A DNA stretch of 63,786 bases, the filler included, from Folioceros fuciformis (taxonomy: Eukaryota), in the NCBI GenBank assembly GCA_049999805.1. It is 6 parts of 6 records of this genome, joined end to end, with 100 filler letters (N's around TTAATTAATTAA, not from the genome) between each part and the next. Parts side by side here need not be neighbours in the genome. Positions count along the whole stretch, not along the records: positions 27,607 to 37,274 come from JBNGIO010004609.1; positions 37,375 to 59,243 come from JBNGIO010004610.1; 4 more parts are not named here. One strand, given 5' to 3'. Positions 37,201-50,308 of this stretch are shown here, piece by piece. A model generated the notes under the pieces. The model was not told the DNA's origin and searched no databases. It was given only the letters and a program-made list of their open reading frames with translations. Each line of letters starts with the position of its first letter. Position 1 is the first letter of the stretch. A program made the translations under genes and the position numbers.

Positions 37201-37803
37201 CGGTGGGGCCCGCCTGAGTATGTCATCTCGCATGCATGTGGGCATCATGTGCTGCCAAGGACGCGTGGCGGGGGNNNNNNNNNNNNNNNNNNNNNNNNNN
37301 NNNNNNNNNNNNNNNNNNTTAATTAATTAANNNNNNNNNNNNNNNNNNNNNNNNNNNNNNNNNNNNNNNNNNNNTCATCGCGTGGCAGGACAAACCAGAT
37401 ACCAGTGCCACTTGGGAACCCGCAAGCTTTGTTAGTTGTTCTTGTGCTTGCGAGCACAAATCCTCGACGGCAAGGAGGACTTGGCTGTAGGGTTATTAAA
37501 GCCTCCCTCAGTGGAGGAGAATGAAATAGTCGCGGACCTACCGCCACCCCGTGACCATTCCAGCCTAGTGCCCTAAGGGATAGAGATGCCCATCATAGCG
37601 GTCCACAGTCCATCCAGCCCAGAAAAACCCCTCGCGATACAAGAGGATAGGCGAGGGCGTATACAGCAGCTGCATCCCATGAAATATGTAATTGGAGGAA
37701 GCTACCTAGGTATCGCACCCCAGCTTTCTCAATCATCAAGATTGTGTACCTTGTCTGTATAGGTCACAGATCTGCACATAGCCAACATCCTAACAATTAG
37801 GAT

Positions 37804-38540
37804 ATGATTTACATAATCCTAAAAATGGCTGACACCACTAATCTTGGTGGTGATGGGTTTAAAGAGAAAGATCATTTTGGGGGGGCAAACTGTGCTATTT
37901 GGGTCATGCAAATGCATGGAGCCCTACAAAATAAAAGGCTTTGGAAGATAGCCACAAGAGAAGAAATACTCCCTCACCCTTCTTCTTTTGATACTACTCC
38001 TTCTTCTGCTGAAAGGAGAAACCAAGATGCTTGGTATATTAAGGATGAAGCCACAATGTATTTAATAAGAAGTGGACTAACCTCTGATATGCTTAGACAG
38101 ACCATTGGATGTAAAACATATGCTGAGATTTGGTCCAGACTATAAGAGCTTTATGTAGGAGTAGATACTACAAGTCAGATGACTGCCCTTCGAGATATTC
38201 AAAATTGCAAAATGAGAGAGGGGGAGACAATTGAAAACATATTGGGCACTTGAGGACGCTTGTCTCTAAGTTAGAAAGTGCTTCTCAGGAAATTCTTAGT
38301 GATGAGTTACTTACTTTGTATTTCATGATGTCTCTTCCTAAATCCAGGTCACACTTCGTGACCTCATATAATGCTTCTCAGCTTCAAGATGCTAAGATCG
38401 CTAAGGCTGCAAATGTCACATTACCACAGACAACATTTTCAGAGCTAGTGAGAGCTCTTCTTCAAGAAGAAGCAATAAGACCCTATCTAGCTTCTCCCCT
38501 TGAGTCATCCTCCATAGAAAATGTAAGAATCCATGACTGA
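37804..38540 (+). pseudogene. Ty1/copia gag remnant
   Basis: KEKDHFGGANCAIWVMQM, LQNKRLWKI, KTYAEIWSRL, KMREGETIE and FMMSLPKS, with stops and a frameshift. Related to the gag genes at 40052 and 55866. Confidence 0.8.
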
Positions 38541-38627
38541 AGTAAGAGGTGTGTTGGTAATTTACAAGTCCCAAGACAATCTTGGTAAAAAACTTCCACT
38601 TGTGGTCCTTAATGTGATCTGTCTTCT

Positions 38628-38810
38628 TGTTGGAAGTAAAGCCAAGACATAGTCTAAGTGACATTAGGGTTTAGGTGATAGGCCCAAGATGAAACGTCAT
38701 CTGGGTTTAGTATATAAGTAACACTTATAGACTTTTTCAACAACACAACTCATTTTTGTCTTTCCATAATATAAAGTTTAATTGAGCCAAACTCCTCTCC
38801 ACAATTTTCA
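38628..38810 (+). repeat. 5' LTR
   Basis: TGTTGG...TTTTCA, directly followed by the PBS. Confidence 0.97.
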
Positions 38811-40051
38811 TGGTATCCGAGCATGTTCTTAATGCTCCCTACCTCTCCTAAGACATAATGCCTGGTCGGGGTAGATCTCGTGCAGATCAACGCCAACACA
38901 GGAGAAGACTTGGTGGTGGAACATTTTGTCCACGACACCCTAACCAAGTCCTAGTTGACACTGTCCCTGATCTGTACAAGGCAAACTACCCTGACATATA
39001 GCTATGGCAGTGGTTCGCAAGGAATTCAAGCATATTAAATTCTAGGGCGCGTGCAATCAGGCCTCAGCAATTGAGAATCTCAGAAGCAGATTCTCATTAC
39101 CCTGCCTGGTGCACTACCAGGAACCTGCTTGATCCTTGCTTCTGACCACTGACCAGGAGTGCTGAACTGGAGTCACTGACTTCAGCATTACCGAACTACA
39201 CCCTTGACTTGCGCCCGATTTCTGATTGGAAATTGGAAGCTTCTAGAGAAGCCTGCGACTTGCCACATCATCAACGGATGATCAGGCGGCGCCAGGGAGA
39301 CAAATTTGCTGAAGATACAGAGCGAATTGAGGAATTTGCTAAAAATTAAAAAAACAAAATTTCCAAGAGACTCCAGTTGAAACTTCCCTTTGGAATCTTC
39401 TGATAAATGAGCACATCTTGGGAGACGGAGTTGCTCGCCTGCAAGTCTGCATCGAAACACAACTATCCAGAATTGACAGTAACATCTCTCAAATTGCTGG
39501 GCTGCTGTGTTTGATGGATCTTGGATAGGGTTTTTCCACAGAATTCCTGCCTGCGAGCAGAGACTCCATCCTGTGACCTTGCTTCCGTTGGCGGGGAGCG
39601 TAGGAGATGCCAAACAGTGTGCATCATCAGCAGTGGCTCTTGGCGTGGATCTGAAATGTCACAATTGCATTGCTGACCCTTGGCTTGCTTGCATCTCCTG
39701 TTGTTTGTTTGGTAACTAACCTATCGTTTCAGTAGACAAAGACATGACGGTTAGAAACCCTAACTAAAGAAAACCGAAACATTTTTTTTAAAAGTAAAAA
39801 GGGCTTGGTGTCTGACTCATTCCTGCACTATTACGTATTCAGGAAGGTAGATGAGGGAGCTAGTCTATTAAGGTTCAGATACATTTGTATCCACCCCCTC
39901 CTAGGCTGTCACCCTCAACTACTCCCCTGGATACGTTTTGTTAGTATCACTAATCAACATTTGTCAGGAATAGTAAGATTGGAGCATAACTGACCTAACT
40001 ATTTTTTCTTTTCAAACCATAGTTTTTGAAAGGAACCTAGCTAGTTCACAT

Positions 40052-43000
40052 ATGTTCGATACAGAGAGTACACACAATGCATCTGACCTTTGCTTCGGCG
40101 GGTTCTTGGAGCCTGAGGGGGAAGAAGAAGACCTACAGGCTGCAAATATCTCCAATTTCTGGACTAACCCATTTGTTGTACCTATCACAAGGACAACAAC
40201 CCCTTCCTTCATGTCAGAGCTAAAGGAAAAAGATAGGTTTAATGGGAAGCTTTACCTTGTGTGGAAAGTTCGCATGAAAGCTCTCCTGATAGCCAGGGGA
40301 GTCTGGAGTGTTGTTGGTGGAGGATTTCCTAAACCGGATCCTCAGACCAGTAGCCAAGATGATATAGATAAATGGACAGCTCACAATGAAGTTGCTGTAG
40401 CTATCATTATCAATGGCTTGGATGCTCTTCTTGTTCCTGACGTTGAGTACCTGACCAAGGGCATTGAGATTTGGAATCAACTTGAGAAAACGTATCAGGT
40501 TACTAACATCATGACCAAGTGTGCCGTATGGCAAGAATCCTACGCCCTGAGGATGAAGGACGGGGACAAAGCGAGGGGATTTACCAGTAAATTTTGCCAC
40601 CTTTGTGCTTAGCTTGCCTCTTTCAATTACAAGATTGAGGAAGAGCATGCTATGGTCCAGCTCTTGAGCAGCTTGCCAGCATCACTCCAACATTTTGTTA
40701 GCTCGTACAACGGACCCTTGTGCACCTCATAGGCTGCTGTTGCTGCCGGAATGCAAGCACCCTCACTGTCGACGACATAGTGGCTGCCTTACATAAGGAA
40801 GAACAAAGCCGTTTCTTCTCTGTAGGAAACACAAGAGCAAAGGCTGACAAAGTGTTAGCTGCAAAGTTCAAGCCTAACAGACAAAAAGGCAAGAACANNN
40901 NNNNNNNNNNNNNNNNNNNNNNNNNNNNNNNNNNNNNNNNNNNNNNNNNNNNNNNNNNNNNNNNNNNNNNNNNNNNNNNNNNNNNNNNNNNNNNNNNCTC
41001 TTCAGGCATCAAGAAAACTGGTAACTGCAATTGGTGTGGGGCACATGGCCACTGGGCACGTGACTGCCAGAAGAAGAAGGCAGGAGAACCCTAGCGGCAA
41101 CAGTCCACAAAGCAGTCTGCTAGTGTAGCCTTGAAGGATAAGGGAGAAAACTCGAAAGCCACAGTGAAGATTCTCATTATTTGCCTGACAAGCACCGTTC
41201 ATGATGTTGGGGATTGGTATCTCAATTCAGGAGCTACCACCCACATTTGCAACGACAAAACCTTGTTCTTCAAGCTATCCCTGCATCGCATGAAGGACAA
41301 AGCTCTGTTAGGAGATGAGCGAAGTGACACTGGACTTTTTGTGGAGGGACATGGCACTTGTACCTTCATTCTCAATGATGGATCTGTACAACCTGTCGAA
41401 GGAGTTCTGCATGTGCCAAACATGGCAAAGAATCTTCTGTTGATGAGCAAGCTCATGCAGTTGCATGCGTATGAGATACGCGTGACTGATGATGCCTGCT
41501 ACTTCTACAGGAAGACTTCTCCCTCTGTTTGTGTATTTAGAGGTCTCCTTGACTATGACCTGTACAAATTAGATTTGAGATGTTCTCCCACCCAATAGTC
41601 AGCCTTCACAGTCAGCATGACTTCTAGTCAGCTTGCTTCCTTGTGGCATGCACGTTTAGGGCATGCCAATAAAAACAAGTTGATAGATATGTTTAAGCAG
41701 GATTGCCATAGGGAACCGTTGCCTAGCTGTTTTAAGGACTTACCTGTTTGTGAGTCTTGCATTCTTGCTAAATAGAAGGAACTTCCTTTCCCTAAGGCTG
41801 CACATAGAGTGTCCTCATTGTTACGACTCGTGCATGTTGGCATTTTAGGTGAGATACATACACCTTCTTTAGGGGGGGGCTTTGTATTACCTGACTCTAA
41901 CAGATGATTATAGCCGGTACTCAAGGACTATTCCCATGCGACTGAAGAGCGACACACTTGGCTGCTTCAGGGATTGGTTGCCAACAATTCAATGTCAGTC
42001 AGGCTGCCTACTCAAAGTACTGCGAAGTGACAATGGTACTAAATTTGTCAACAATGCTTTCGATGCGTACTTATCTAGGCAAGGCATCTAGAGGTAGTTG
42101 ATTGTGCCGTATACCCAACAGCAAAATGGCATTGTTGAACGCAAAAACCAAACCCTATTGGGCATGACGAGAAGTATGCTGCTATGGGCTGGTCTTCCAC
42201 AAGGGTACTGGGCAGAGGCTGTAGTCACAGCCACTTACATCCTGACCAATTCAGTCAAGGGGAGGACACCCTTTGAGGTCTTCTGGCATCGCAAGCCTAG
42301 CTTACTTCATCTCCGGGTCTTCGGGTCTAAGGCTTTTGCCTATATTCTTGCAGAGAAGAGAAAGAAGTTAGACAATCGTGCTCAAAGCCTTATTTTTGTC
42401 GGCTATAGTGAGCATGTTAAGGCTTACAAACTCTATGACCCTGTATCACAGACAGTAACACTAGCTCGAAGTATTACCCTTGTAGAAACACATACTCCTA
42501 TTGCTACAGCTTCGGTTATGTCCGAAGGCTCAGTTGATGAGGATTCCAACATAGCCATTTTTCCTCTTGATGAGACTGAGGATGCTGCAGATCCTGCCTC
42601 AGCTGATACTGCAGACTCTGCTGCTGTTGACGATTCTGCTGGCCTTGTTCCTCCAACTGTACCTGCACCACCCACTATCAATGAGTTAGTCCAGAATCCT
42701 GCTGCTCAGGATCATGCTGCCACTATTGATGAAGTGGCCTCCATTGGGGACATGGACCTGGACTCTTCCGACAGTGCTGCTGAGGTTACCTTTGAGGACT
42801 TTGTAGCACCTACTGCACATGGCCCTCGTCGTTCTACCCGTACTCGGCCTACTCCTAATCAGTGGCTTGAGCCCCGGTATCAGTCTGTGGACTTTCGGTC
42901 TTCTTCAGCAGTATATGGTGCTACCCTGTCCATTCTTCCTGCTGAGGAACCCAGCTCCTACAAACAGGCTATGGCCAGGCCTGATGCTTCCAAGTGGCAG

Positions 43001-44445
43001 CTCGCAGTGGAGGACGAATACTAGTCCTTGCTTAAGAACAAAACCTGGACACTCGTCGATCTGTCCCCTGGACGCAAACCCATTTCTTGCAAGTGGGTGT
43101 TCAAATTGAAACTTAATGCCCAAGGGGAAATCGCACGTCACAAAGCAAGGCTTGTAGCTAGGGGGTTTACCCAAGTTGAAGGCTTGGACTACCAGGAGAC
43201 ATTCTCCCTTGTAGTTCGCTCGCAGTCCATCCGCATAATCCTTGCCTTGGCAGCCGAGCTCAATTTGGACTTGCAACAAATGGACGTGTGCACTGCATTC
43301 CTTTATAGTGCTCTCGACGAGGACCTGTACATGGCACAACCGGAGGGATATGAGGATCCTAACAACCCTACCAAAGTCCTAAAGCTGCTTAAATGTATCT
43401 ATGGCTTGAAACAGAGTGGCAGGGTTTAGTATATCACCATGCACATTTACCTTATGAGTATTTCCTTCGTCCAGAGCACCACCGACTCAAATGTATATAG
43501 GCTAAATAGAGGTGATGACTTCGTGGTGTTGGCACTGTATGTAGATGACGTAATCCTCGCCACAAACAATCAACTGCTGTTAGCTGAAGTCAAACTTATG
43601 CTGAGCACCAAATTCAAGATGAAAGATATTGGTGAGCTCAAGTACTGCCTTGGGGTACAGATCCTAAGGGTACGAGAGGAAGGACTGATTATAGTGCACC
43701 AATACAAGTACATCAATGACATTTTGCAAAAATTTAAGCTTGATGAGGCTAGGCCTACTACTACTCCTTACTCTACAGGAGCTAAGCTTACCAGCTTACA
43801 GTGTCCACAAACTCCATAAGAGGTTCAGGACATTCGTGATGTACCTTACAGGCACGCTGTAGGAAGTCTTATCTTTGTAGCAAACTGGACTAGGCCTAAT
43901 ATCCAATATTCCGTGAGCACTGTGTCTCAGTTCCTGGAAAGGCCTGGAAGGTCACACTGGAGCACAGTTAAAAGGATATTTAGGTACTTGAAGGGTACCA
44001 ATACATATGGCCTATTTTACAGAAGGACTGGGGAGGAGAGACTTACACTTTCTGATTTTACAGACGCCGACTGGGCATCTGATAGTGACTCCAGAAAAGC
44101 CTCTCAACATATTGTTTCCTGCTCACATCCGCAACTGTAAACTGGTCATGTAAAAAGCAGTCGTCCATTGCCCTGTCATCAACAAAAGTAGAGTATAAGT
44201 CTCTGACAGATGCCTCGAAGGAGGCAGAATGGGAAAGGACTTTCTTACATGACTTGGGGCAAACTCAACAGGCACCTACCTCAATACTGTGTGATAACAT
44301 GTCTGCACTTGCTCTTGTCGCAAACCCTAGGTTCCTTGCTCGTACTAAACACATCGAAATACAGCATCACTATATAAGAGATGCTATTGAGAGAGGAGCC
44401 GTGAAGGTTGGATACATAAACACTACAAGCACATGTCAGGCTTAG
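40052..44445 (+). pseudogene. Copia gag-pol with multiple stops and frameshifts (gag, Zn knuckle, protease, integrase, RT, RNase H)
   Basis: CNWCGAHGHWARDC; WYLNSGATTH (catalytic Asp replaced by Asn); LWHARLGH; LRSDNGTKF; QQNGIVERKN; HKARLVARGFTQ; YVDD; DADWA; ARTKHIEIQHHYIR, in copia domain order. Confidence 0.95.
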
Positions 44446-44706
44446 GCCTGGATGATTCCTCAAGATACTTAGACAGCCAGTGACTTATCTGTGGGAGGTG
44501 GGGCAGGAACTTGAAGGTTCCCTAGGCATTGATGAGTTGTGCATGTGTTTCCTCCGTAGACACTGGATAACTGCATAAGCCCCACATACACACAGTCGGG
44601 TCAGCTGCTGCGAATTAGTACTTGAGGAGACAGAGGGAGCAAACACTACGCTGCAAGAAGGATGAAACTTACCTTAGTATCTAATCTCCTTACAGTGCAG
44701 TCCCTT

Positions 44707-45078
44707 CTACACAGACAGCTTCACATCATGCCGATCTTCATTGGGGGATGGTCTCCTTCTAGCTGCAATCATATCCTCAAGCTCCTTGATCCTGTCTGTC
44801 ACCAATCGGAGCTAGGCAAGTGGAGTGGGCAGGGCCATATCAAAGAAGCGGAAGTCGGTATGTTGCGGTTTAGGTCCCAGAGATGCTGGGGCCTGAACTA
44901 TCCCTGGGAGAGGCCCAAGAAGTGCTGGGTAACTGTTTATGAGTCGTATGACCTCCTCCAATGATCCGCAGCTCACCCAATTTAGCAAACTCTGCACTTC
45001 CTCTTCAATCCTTGGCTGCCTTCTGCACCTCTCAACCCTCGGTGGCTCAGTAAGGATCTTCCCGCTGCGCGTCTGCAT
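44707..45078 (-). pseudogene. Antisense accessory ORF in the 3' region of the copia element (124 codons, one internal TAG)
   Basis: MQTRSGKILTEPPR...PTPLA*LRLVTDRIKELEDMIAARRR...SV*. It is followed by a canonical intron 44672-44608 and preceded by AAACCCTAG at 45201-45193. Confidence 0.5.
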
Positions 45079-45327
45079 CTTGTCCAAGTGGCGGCTGGCG
45101 CAAAAATTGGCTATGGTGGCAACAAGGAAATCGAGAGCTGTGGCGGTGGCCGCTAAGTCCAGCGTAACGAAGAAAGTTAGTTTTTTGAAGTGCTAGGGTT
45201 TAAGAGTAATCGTGATCCTGTCAAAGGCTGAAGACCCTTTTTGTTGTTCCGTCATGCTGGTCTGCAGGAGACTCTTCCCCGACTGTCTTATGTGATTACC
45301 TTAGACCTAGTGTTGTTTGAGAGGGAG

Positions 45328-45510
45328 TGTTGGAAGTAAAGCCAACACATAGTCTAAGTGATATGAGGGTTTAGGTGATAGGCCCAAGATGAAACGTCAT
45401 CTGGGTTTAGTATATAAGTAACACTTATAGACTTTTTCAACAACATAACTCATTTTTGTCTTTCCATAATATAAAGTTTAATTGAGCCAAACTGCTCTCC
45501 GCAATTTTCA
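45328..45510 (+). repeat. 3' LTR
   Basis: Preceded by the PPT and followed by the TSD; 177/183 identical to the 5' LTR. Confidence 0.97.
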
Positions 45511-46619
45511 CTTCTAGCCATTCTTGGTCTTGGCCTCTAATCCTCCAATCAACATGTCCACTTCCCCATCTAGTAAGGGGTAAAGCCTCGAGAAGGAGTC
45601 CCTGGAGGTACCTGCTAACCAACACTGGTGGCCTCAACGTCGCTGGCTAGAGAAAAGAACTAGTCCGTTGGTCATTCATGGCCAACATAGAAGCTAGAGG
45701 AGCGTGTAGTGGATGGAGACACTTGTCTCCTTTAGCGTCCGGTGGTTTCTAGCCACCTACTTCAATAAACGCGTGTATTGAGAGTGACCCATAGATGGTA
45801 TTTTGAGTTGAGTGGTAGAGTAGGTAAGTAGATAGCTGCTTTAGCATGACACCAGACTCATGGGGACGGACTCCAGGAATCTACTACAACGACCACAAAT
45901 GATGTAGCCGCGACCATGGGATTGACAACTCCATATGGTACTTGGTACTTGGGTGGCCCCTTAGTTCTCTCTCTCACCGTGTCTCCTCCTGTCCACCTTC
46001 TTCTTTGCCTTCATCTCTACCCCCTTCTTCTTCTCCGTTGCTTCTACTTCCGTTGTGTTCCCTCTTCGTCCCTCACCCCTTCTCCCTAGTCTTTGCCCTA
46101 AGTACTAGCCGTACACAACCCTGGCACTACACGGTCTCTTACCTAAATTGTAAAGAAGCATGATGAGAATGCACACATGGCATTTTTCTAGGATTCTTCT
46201 ATCCTATAGCCTTCATGGACTTGCCTCTACTCTTGCTCAAGGAAGAACATGAATTGGCTTTTGGCCCAACCCTCTAACTAAGTGTTTTGGATCACACTCG
46301 CACTTTTTGCCATAATGTGCTTTCATTTAGGATTGGTCCGATCACTAGCCTCCTCTATATTAACATGCAAGTGCAGTGTACCCCACAATGCCTCCGGTAC
46401 TCAAGTAGCATATTGCCCCAATGGTGGACAACACTATACATCACACCATCCAAAACAATTTGTAGTTAATATAGAAGAAGATGGTTTTTTCTAACGAGTA
46501 AGTGCCCTTTGAATACCCTTATAAATATAGTTTCTGTTTGGGCTAATTTGTTTTTGACTTAGAGGGGGTGGGTAGATGTTATGGTTATTGACCCGATGTG
46601 TTTTATCATGTTATCCTCA

Positions 46620-46640
46620 CCCTAAACCCTAAACCCTAAA
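46620..46640. repeat. Short interstitial plant telomeric repeat (CCCTAAA)3
   Basis: Three exact copies. Confidence 0.7.
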
Positions 46641-47486
46641 ACCTGTCTAGGTTGGGTGGCAAAGGACAAGCGGCAACAATTGCCCGCAAATACTCTCCTA
46701 TGCAAGGTGGTCATACCATAATCCCCTTTCTATTAAGAATTATAGAAGCATGATCAAGGGTTTCTCTAGGTTTATGAAGCCCTTACTCTTACTAAAAGGT
46801 ATGATAGGTCTTTCCCTTGTGTTGTGGCTTTCTTTCCACCATAGGAGTCCTTTGCCCTTTAGACAACATTGGCCAATATGGTGCATAGAATAGTCGCTAG
46901 TGCTAGGAAAGCTGTTCCTTTAGCACTAGTGGTAGTCATATGCCCTTCCATATTCTTAACCCAAAATTCTTGGATTGTTGGTAGGGTCCAAAATGCATGA
47001 TCACGCAGGTTAGTCCATTTGGATTGATGCCTTTGGTTGATTGTTCTTGACCCTACCCCCCTTGCCCTTTTTGTTTCTTTTTTGCAATCCTCTTGTCTCA
47101 TGCAAGGCACAATGCCCTTCCAACACACCCCTTGTCACCTGCATGGATGATAGAAATCGTCTACTTGCAAATGTGTTAAGATGTCAAGAAACTTGATCTT
47201 ATGTGGTTGTTATTCCGAAGATTGCAAGTCATTTAATAGGTTATTCCACAAATCTCGTGGTTGGCATATTGTACTACTTGCCTATTCCAAGAGATTTTAA
47301 CCTCTAGGAGGAAGTTTTAGTCTTCGGATTCCATGAATTCAAGATAATGTAGTAGGCGCAAGCACTGCTGCTGTAGGCCTAGAGCGTTTGAGGAGGTGAT
47401 CTCATACCTGCTAAAGTATGCTTCGTTGGAAGTCCAGGATGCTGTGTGCGATTTCAAAATCGTTCTTATTTGGGTAATTAGTTTGC

Positions 47487-50308
47487 TCATAGGTGTACCA
47501 ATGAGGGATCGTATTGTTGCATGACTATCACAGAGGCCTCGGTTGGCACACCTTGCAATTCAGATGTAAGAGCATCGCCGATTGGACCCAACTCTGCAAA
47601 CTCCCGGGCTGGCTGATTGCATCGAGCCACCAGTAGAGTTGGAATCCGACTCCTTCCGACTAGGATTAGATCATACTTCTCTGACTTAGCGTACTCCAAA
47701 GCCGAGTCAATAGCATCAGTTGTACGTACTTCTGCGTATGTCATTCCATCTGTTCCATTAAATGGCCTTGCTTCCAGCACGTTGGTGGCATAGTGGATAC
47801 ACTCTTCATCCATCATCCTCTGTTCCTCCTGGTCTATTCCAAGAGTGTGGAAGATATACTGGTTCTGAGAAGGGCTCCCCGCCATCATAGAGTGCACAGG
47901 GCTGGAAAGAATGCCGGAGCGAGGGCTAGCAGGTGTGGCAGAGCGAGTTGAGCCGCCAATCGTGACAGAGCGAGGAGGACTGCCGGGAGTGTCAGAGGGC
48001 TCTGAATCCTCTTCAGAACCGTCTAAATTTTTGCGGCTTGATATTCCGGAGAAGGCCGTGTAATTGGAGGGGGAGGGGTCCTCTGGCATTCTCTCCACCA
48101 CATGCTCGGGTTCTACGTCCAGGAAGAACCGGAAGACGCTCAACCTGACTCCAGGATGCTCAACCATCCGGCAAGCCAAGGTGAGAGCCTCCCTATCATC
48201 GGGACCTCCAAAAAAGAGGACTAGGATGTTGTGTTCAACGCTGCTGGGTGAAAGCTGAGCATTTCCTCCCAGGCCTCTGTTGACAACCACAGCGACAGAG
48301 CAGGGGGCATGTTGTAGGATCCTTTGGTTCACAGACCGAAATCCAGCTTTCCCTTGGTCTAGCAGCCCGTCATGCCCAATCTGCTTGTGGAAGGGCACAA
48401 TGAGGAGTGTGATTCTCTTGTCTGAAGCTGTGGTGCAGATGTCTTCATGCATGTCCTCAAACCCCGAGATGGCTGTCATGGGCCTCACCGTCACCTTGGA
48501 GAGCTGGGCGTAGGCCTCAAATGCGAAGGTGACCTGGTCCTTGTTCCTATCACTGCTTTGGCCTCCAGGGAAATAAGGTATGCCATCCTTCCGTGCCCTC
48601 TGCACCAGCAAAATAGCAGAACTCCTCTCCGACATCTGCATCATGTGCAACACGTAGAGCCGGATGGGCCGCTTCCTGGTTCCCCGAGTTGCTTCCGTGA
48701 AGTTGATCATGGCTGGCACGTGCTTTAGCCCTCGGATGCATGCCAATAGCCTCAACTCTCTGTTTTCTTTGTCGGAAGCCAGAGTTCGCTGTGTGTAAGG
48801 TACTTGATTCCTGGCCGGCTTGTAGATGGTCATAATGAGCGGGCTTGTCATGAATGTAGTAAAGAGAGCCATGAGCACCATGATGGCAAAGATCTCATCT
48901 GTCAAAACCTGCACAAGAATAGGCAATGGCAATGTGGCCTTTGTGGTTTAGCAGCAGAAGCTTGTGTTACAAACTATTTAACAAGGCAAGGTAATAGAAT
49001 GCTAAGCTTACACCCCTATCTCGCCCTATGTTTAACACAATGAGCTCCACTAGGCCTTTGGTGTTCATCAGAACGCCCAGAGCCAATGCTTTGCGAACTT
49101 CTATGCGATTTAGCATGGATGCAAACACAGTGGCTAATATCTTCCCTCCGCATGCAACGCAAACCACAGCCACTAGGATCCCGCCGCCCTGGGCTCCGTG
49201 CACCGTCCCGATGTTGGTCTTGAGCCCACTTGATGCAAAGTACAGAGGCAGCATCAGAGTGGAGACAACGTCCTCAAGCTTCTCTATCATGGCGCCGGCA
49301 AAGGGGCCATCTTTAGGCACTATGAGGCCAAAGATGAAGGCCCCAAAAATGGCATGTATGCCGATGAGGTCAGTTATGAATCCAGCTGCCAGGACAGCCG
49401 CAATTGTCATGCAAATGTAAATCTCTCTCACAGGTTCGTTCTCAGGGTTCCGCTTCACCACCCACTCCAGGCAGGGCTTCACCACCACAAACATGAAGAT
49501 GACAAAGGCCGCAGCCGATAGCAACACCCAGACGGCAATGGCAGGGCTCACGTTGTTCCCGGAGCCCGATAACGCCACAGCCAAAGCAAGCAAGATCCAG
49601 GCCACTACATCATTTACCACAGCGGCCGACATGGCCATGCGCCCCACGTCTGTGGTAAGCAGCTTCCGCTCTGCCAAGATGCGTGCTAGCACGGGGAAGG
49701 CAGTGATGGACATGGCCACCCCCATGAAGACGAGGAACGGCGCCAACCTGGTGCCCTTGTTGATGGTGTGGCTCATGAGACAGGAGATGGCAACGCCCCC
49801 GGCAAAGGGAACCACGATCCCGGCCGCGGCTATGGTCATGGCGGCTCGCCCGGTCTTGCGCACCTCCCGTAGGTCCAGCTCCATGCCCACCATGAAGAGG
49901 AAGAAGAGTAGGCCAATGTTGGCAAACGTGTCCAGTACGGGAATGCTCTTCTTGGGGAAGATGTGATTTAGGTAGCTCTTATTCCTGCCAAATGCCGACG
50001 GGCCTAACAAAATCCCTCCCTACACCCATCCATACCGTCATCCTTTTCACATAATCCTTTGTTCGCCTTCACCGCAGAATGTAGTGGAATTGGAGTTGCA
50101 ATCAGAGTCTTACCAGCATCTCTGCAATCACTCGGGGCTGCCTTAGCGGCTTGAGCAAAACCGCTAGACCCCGCGTTAAGGCCAGAACGAACACCACTTG
50201 GACTATGAACAACGGCACCGCGAAGTCCAGGGGCTTGTCTTTTTGGAAGATACCATTGGAGGCGGCCGCCATGGGCTTGGGGCATTGTGGACATGTTGGG
50301 CAAGACAT
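47487..50308 (-). CDS. CHX: Cation/H+ antiporter (CHX, CPA2 family). Exons: 50308-50114, 50019-49012, 48908-47487.
   Basis: LRQPRVIAEMLGGILLGPSAFG, SITAFPVLARILAERKLLTTDVGR, AAVVNDVVAW, LMNTKGLVELIVLNIG, LVHMMQ-like/HEDIC, APCSVAV, FFGGPDDREAL and ELGPIGDAL. Confidence 0.96.

Larger units (their letters stand above)
38628..45510 (+). mobile_element. Full-length but decayed Ty1/copia LTR retrotransposon (6883 bp including a 100-N gap)
   Basis: 183-bp TG...CA LTRs at 38628-38810 and 45328-45510 differ at 6 positions. A 5-bp TSD CTTCT lies at 38623-38627 and 45511-45515. PBS TGGTATCCGAGC at 38811-38822 (tRNA-iMet type); PPT GAGAGGGAG at 45319-45327. Confidence 0.97.

Noticed and set aside
46170-47330. 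Possible DNA-transposon remnant
   Set aside because: Too degraded to assign any catalytic motif or terminal repeat with confidence.
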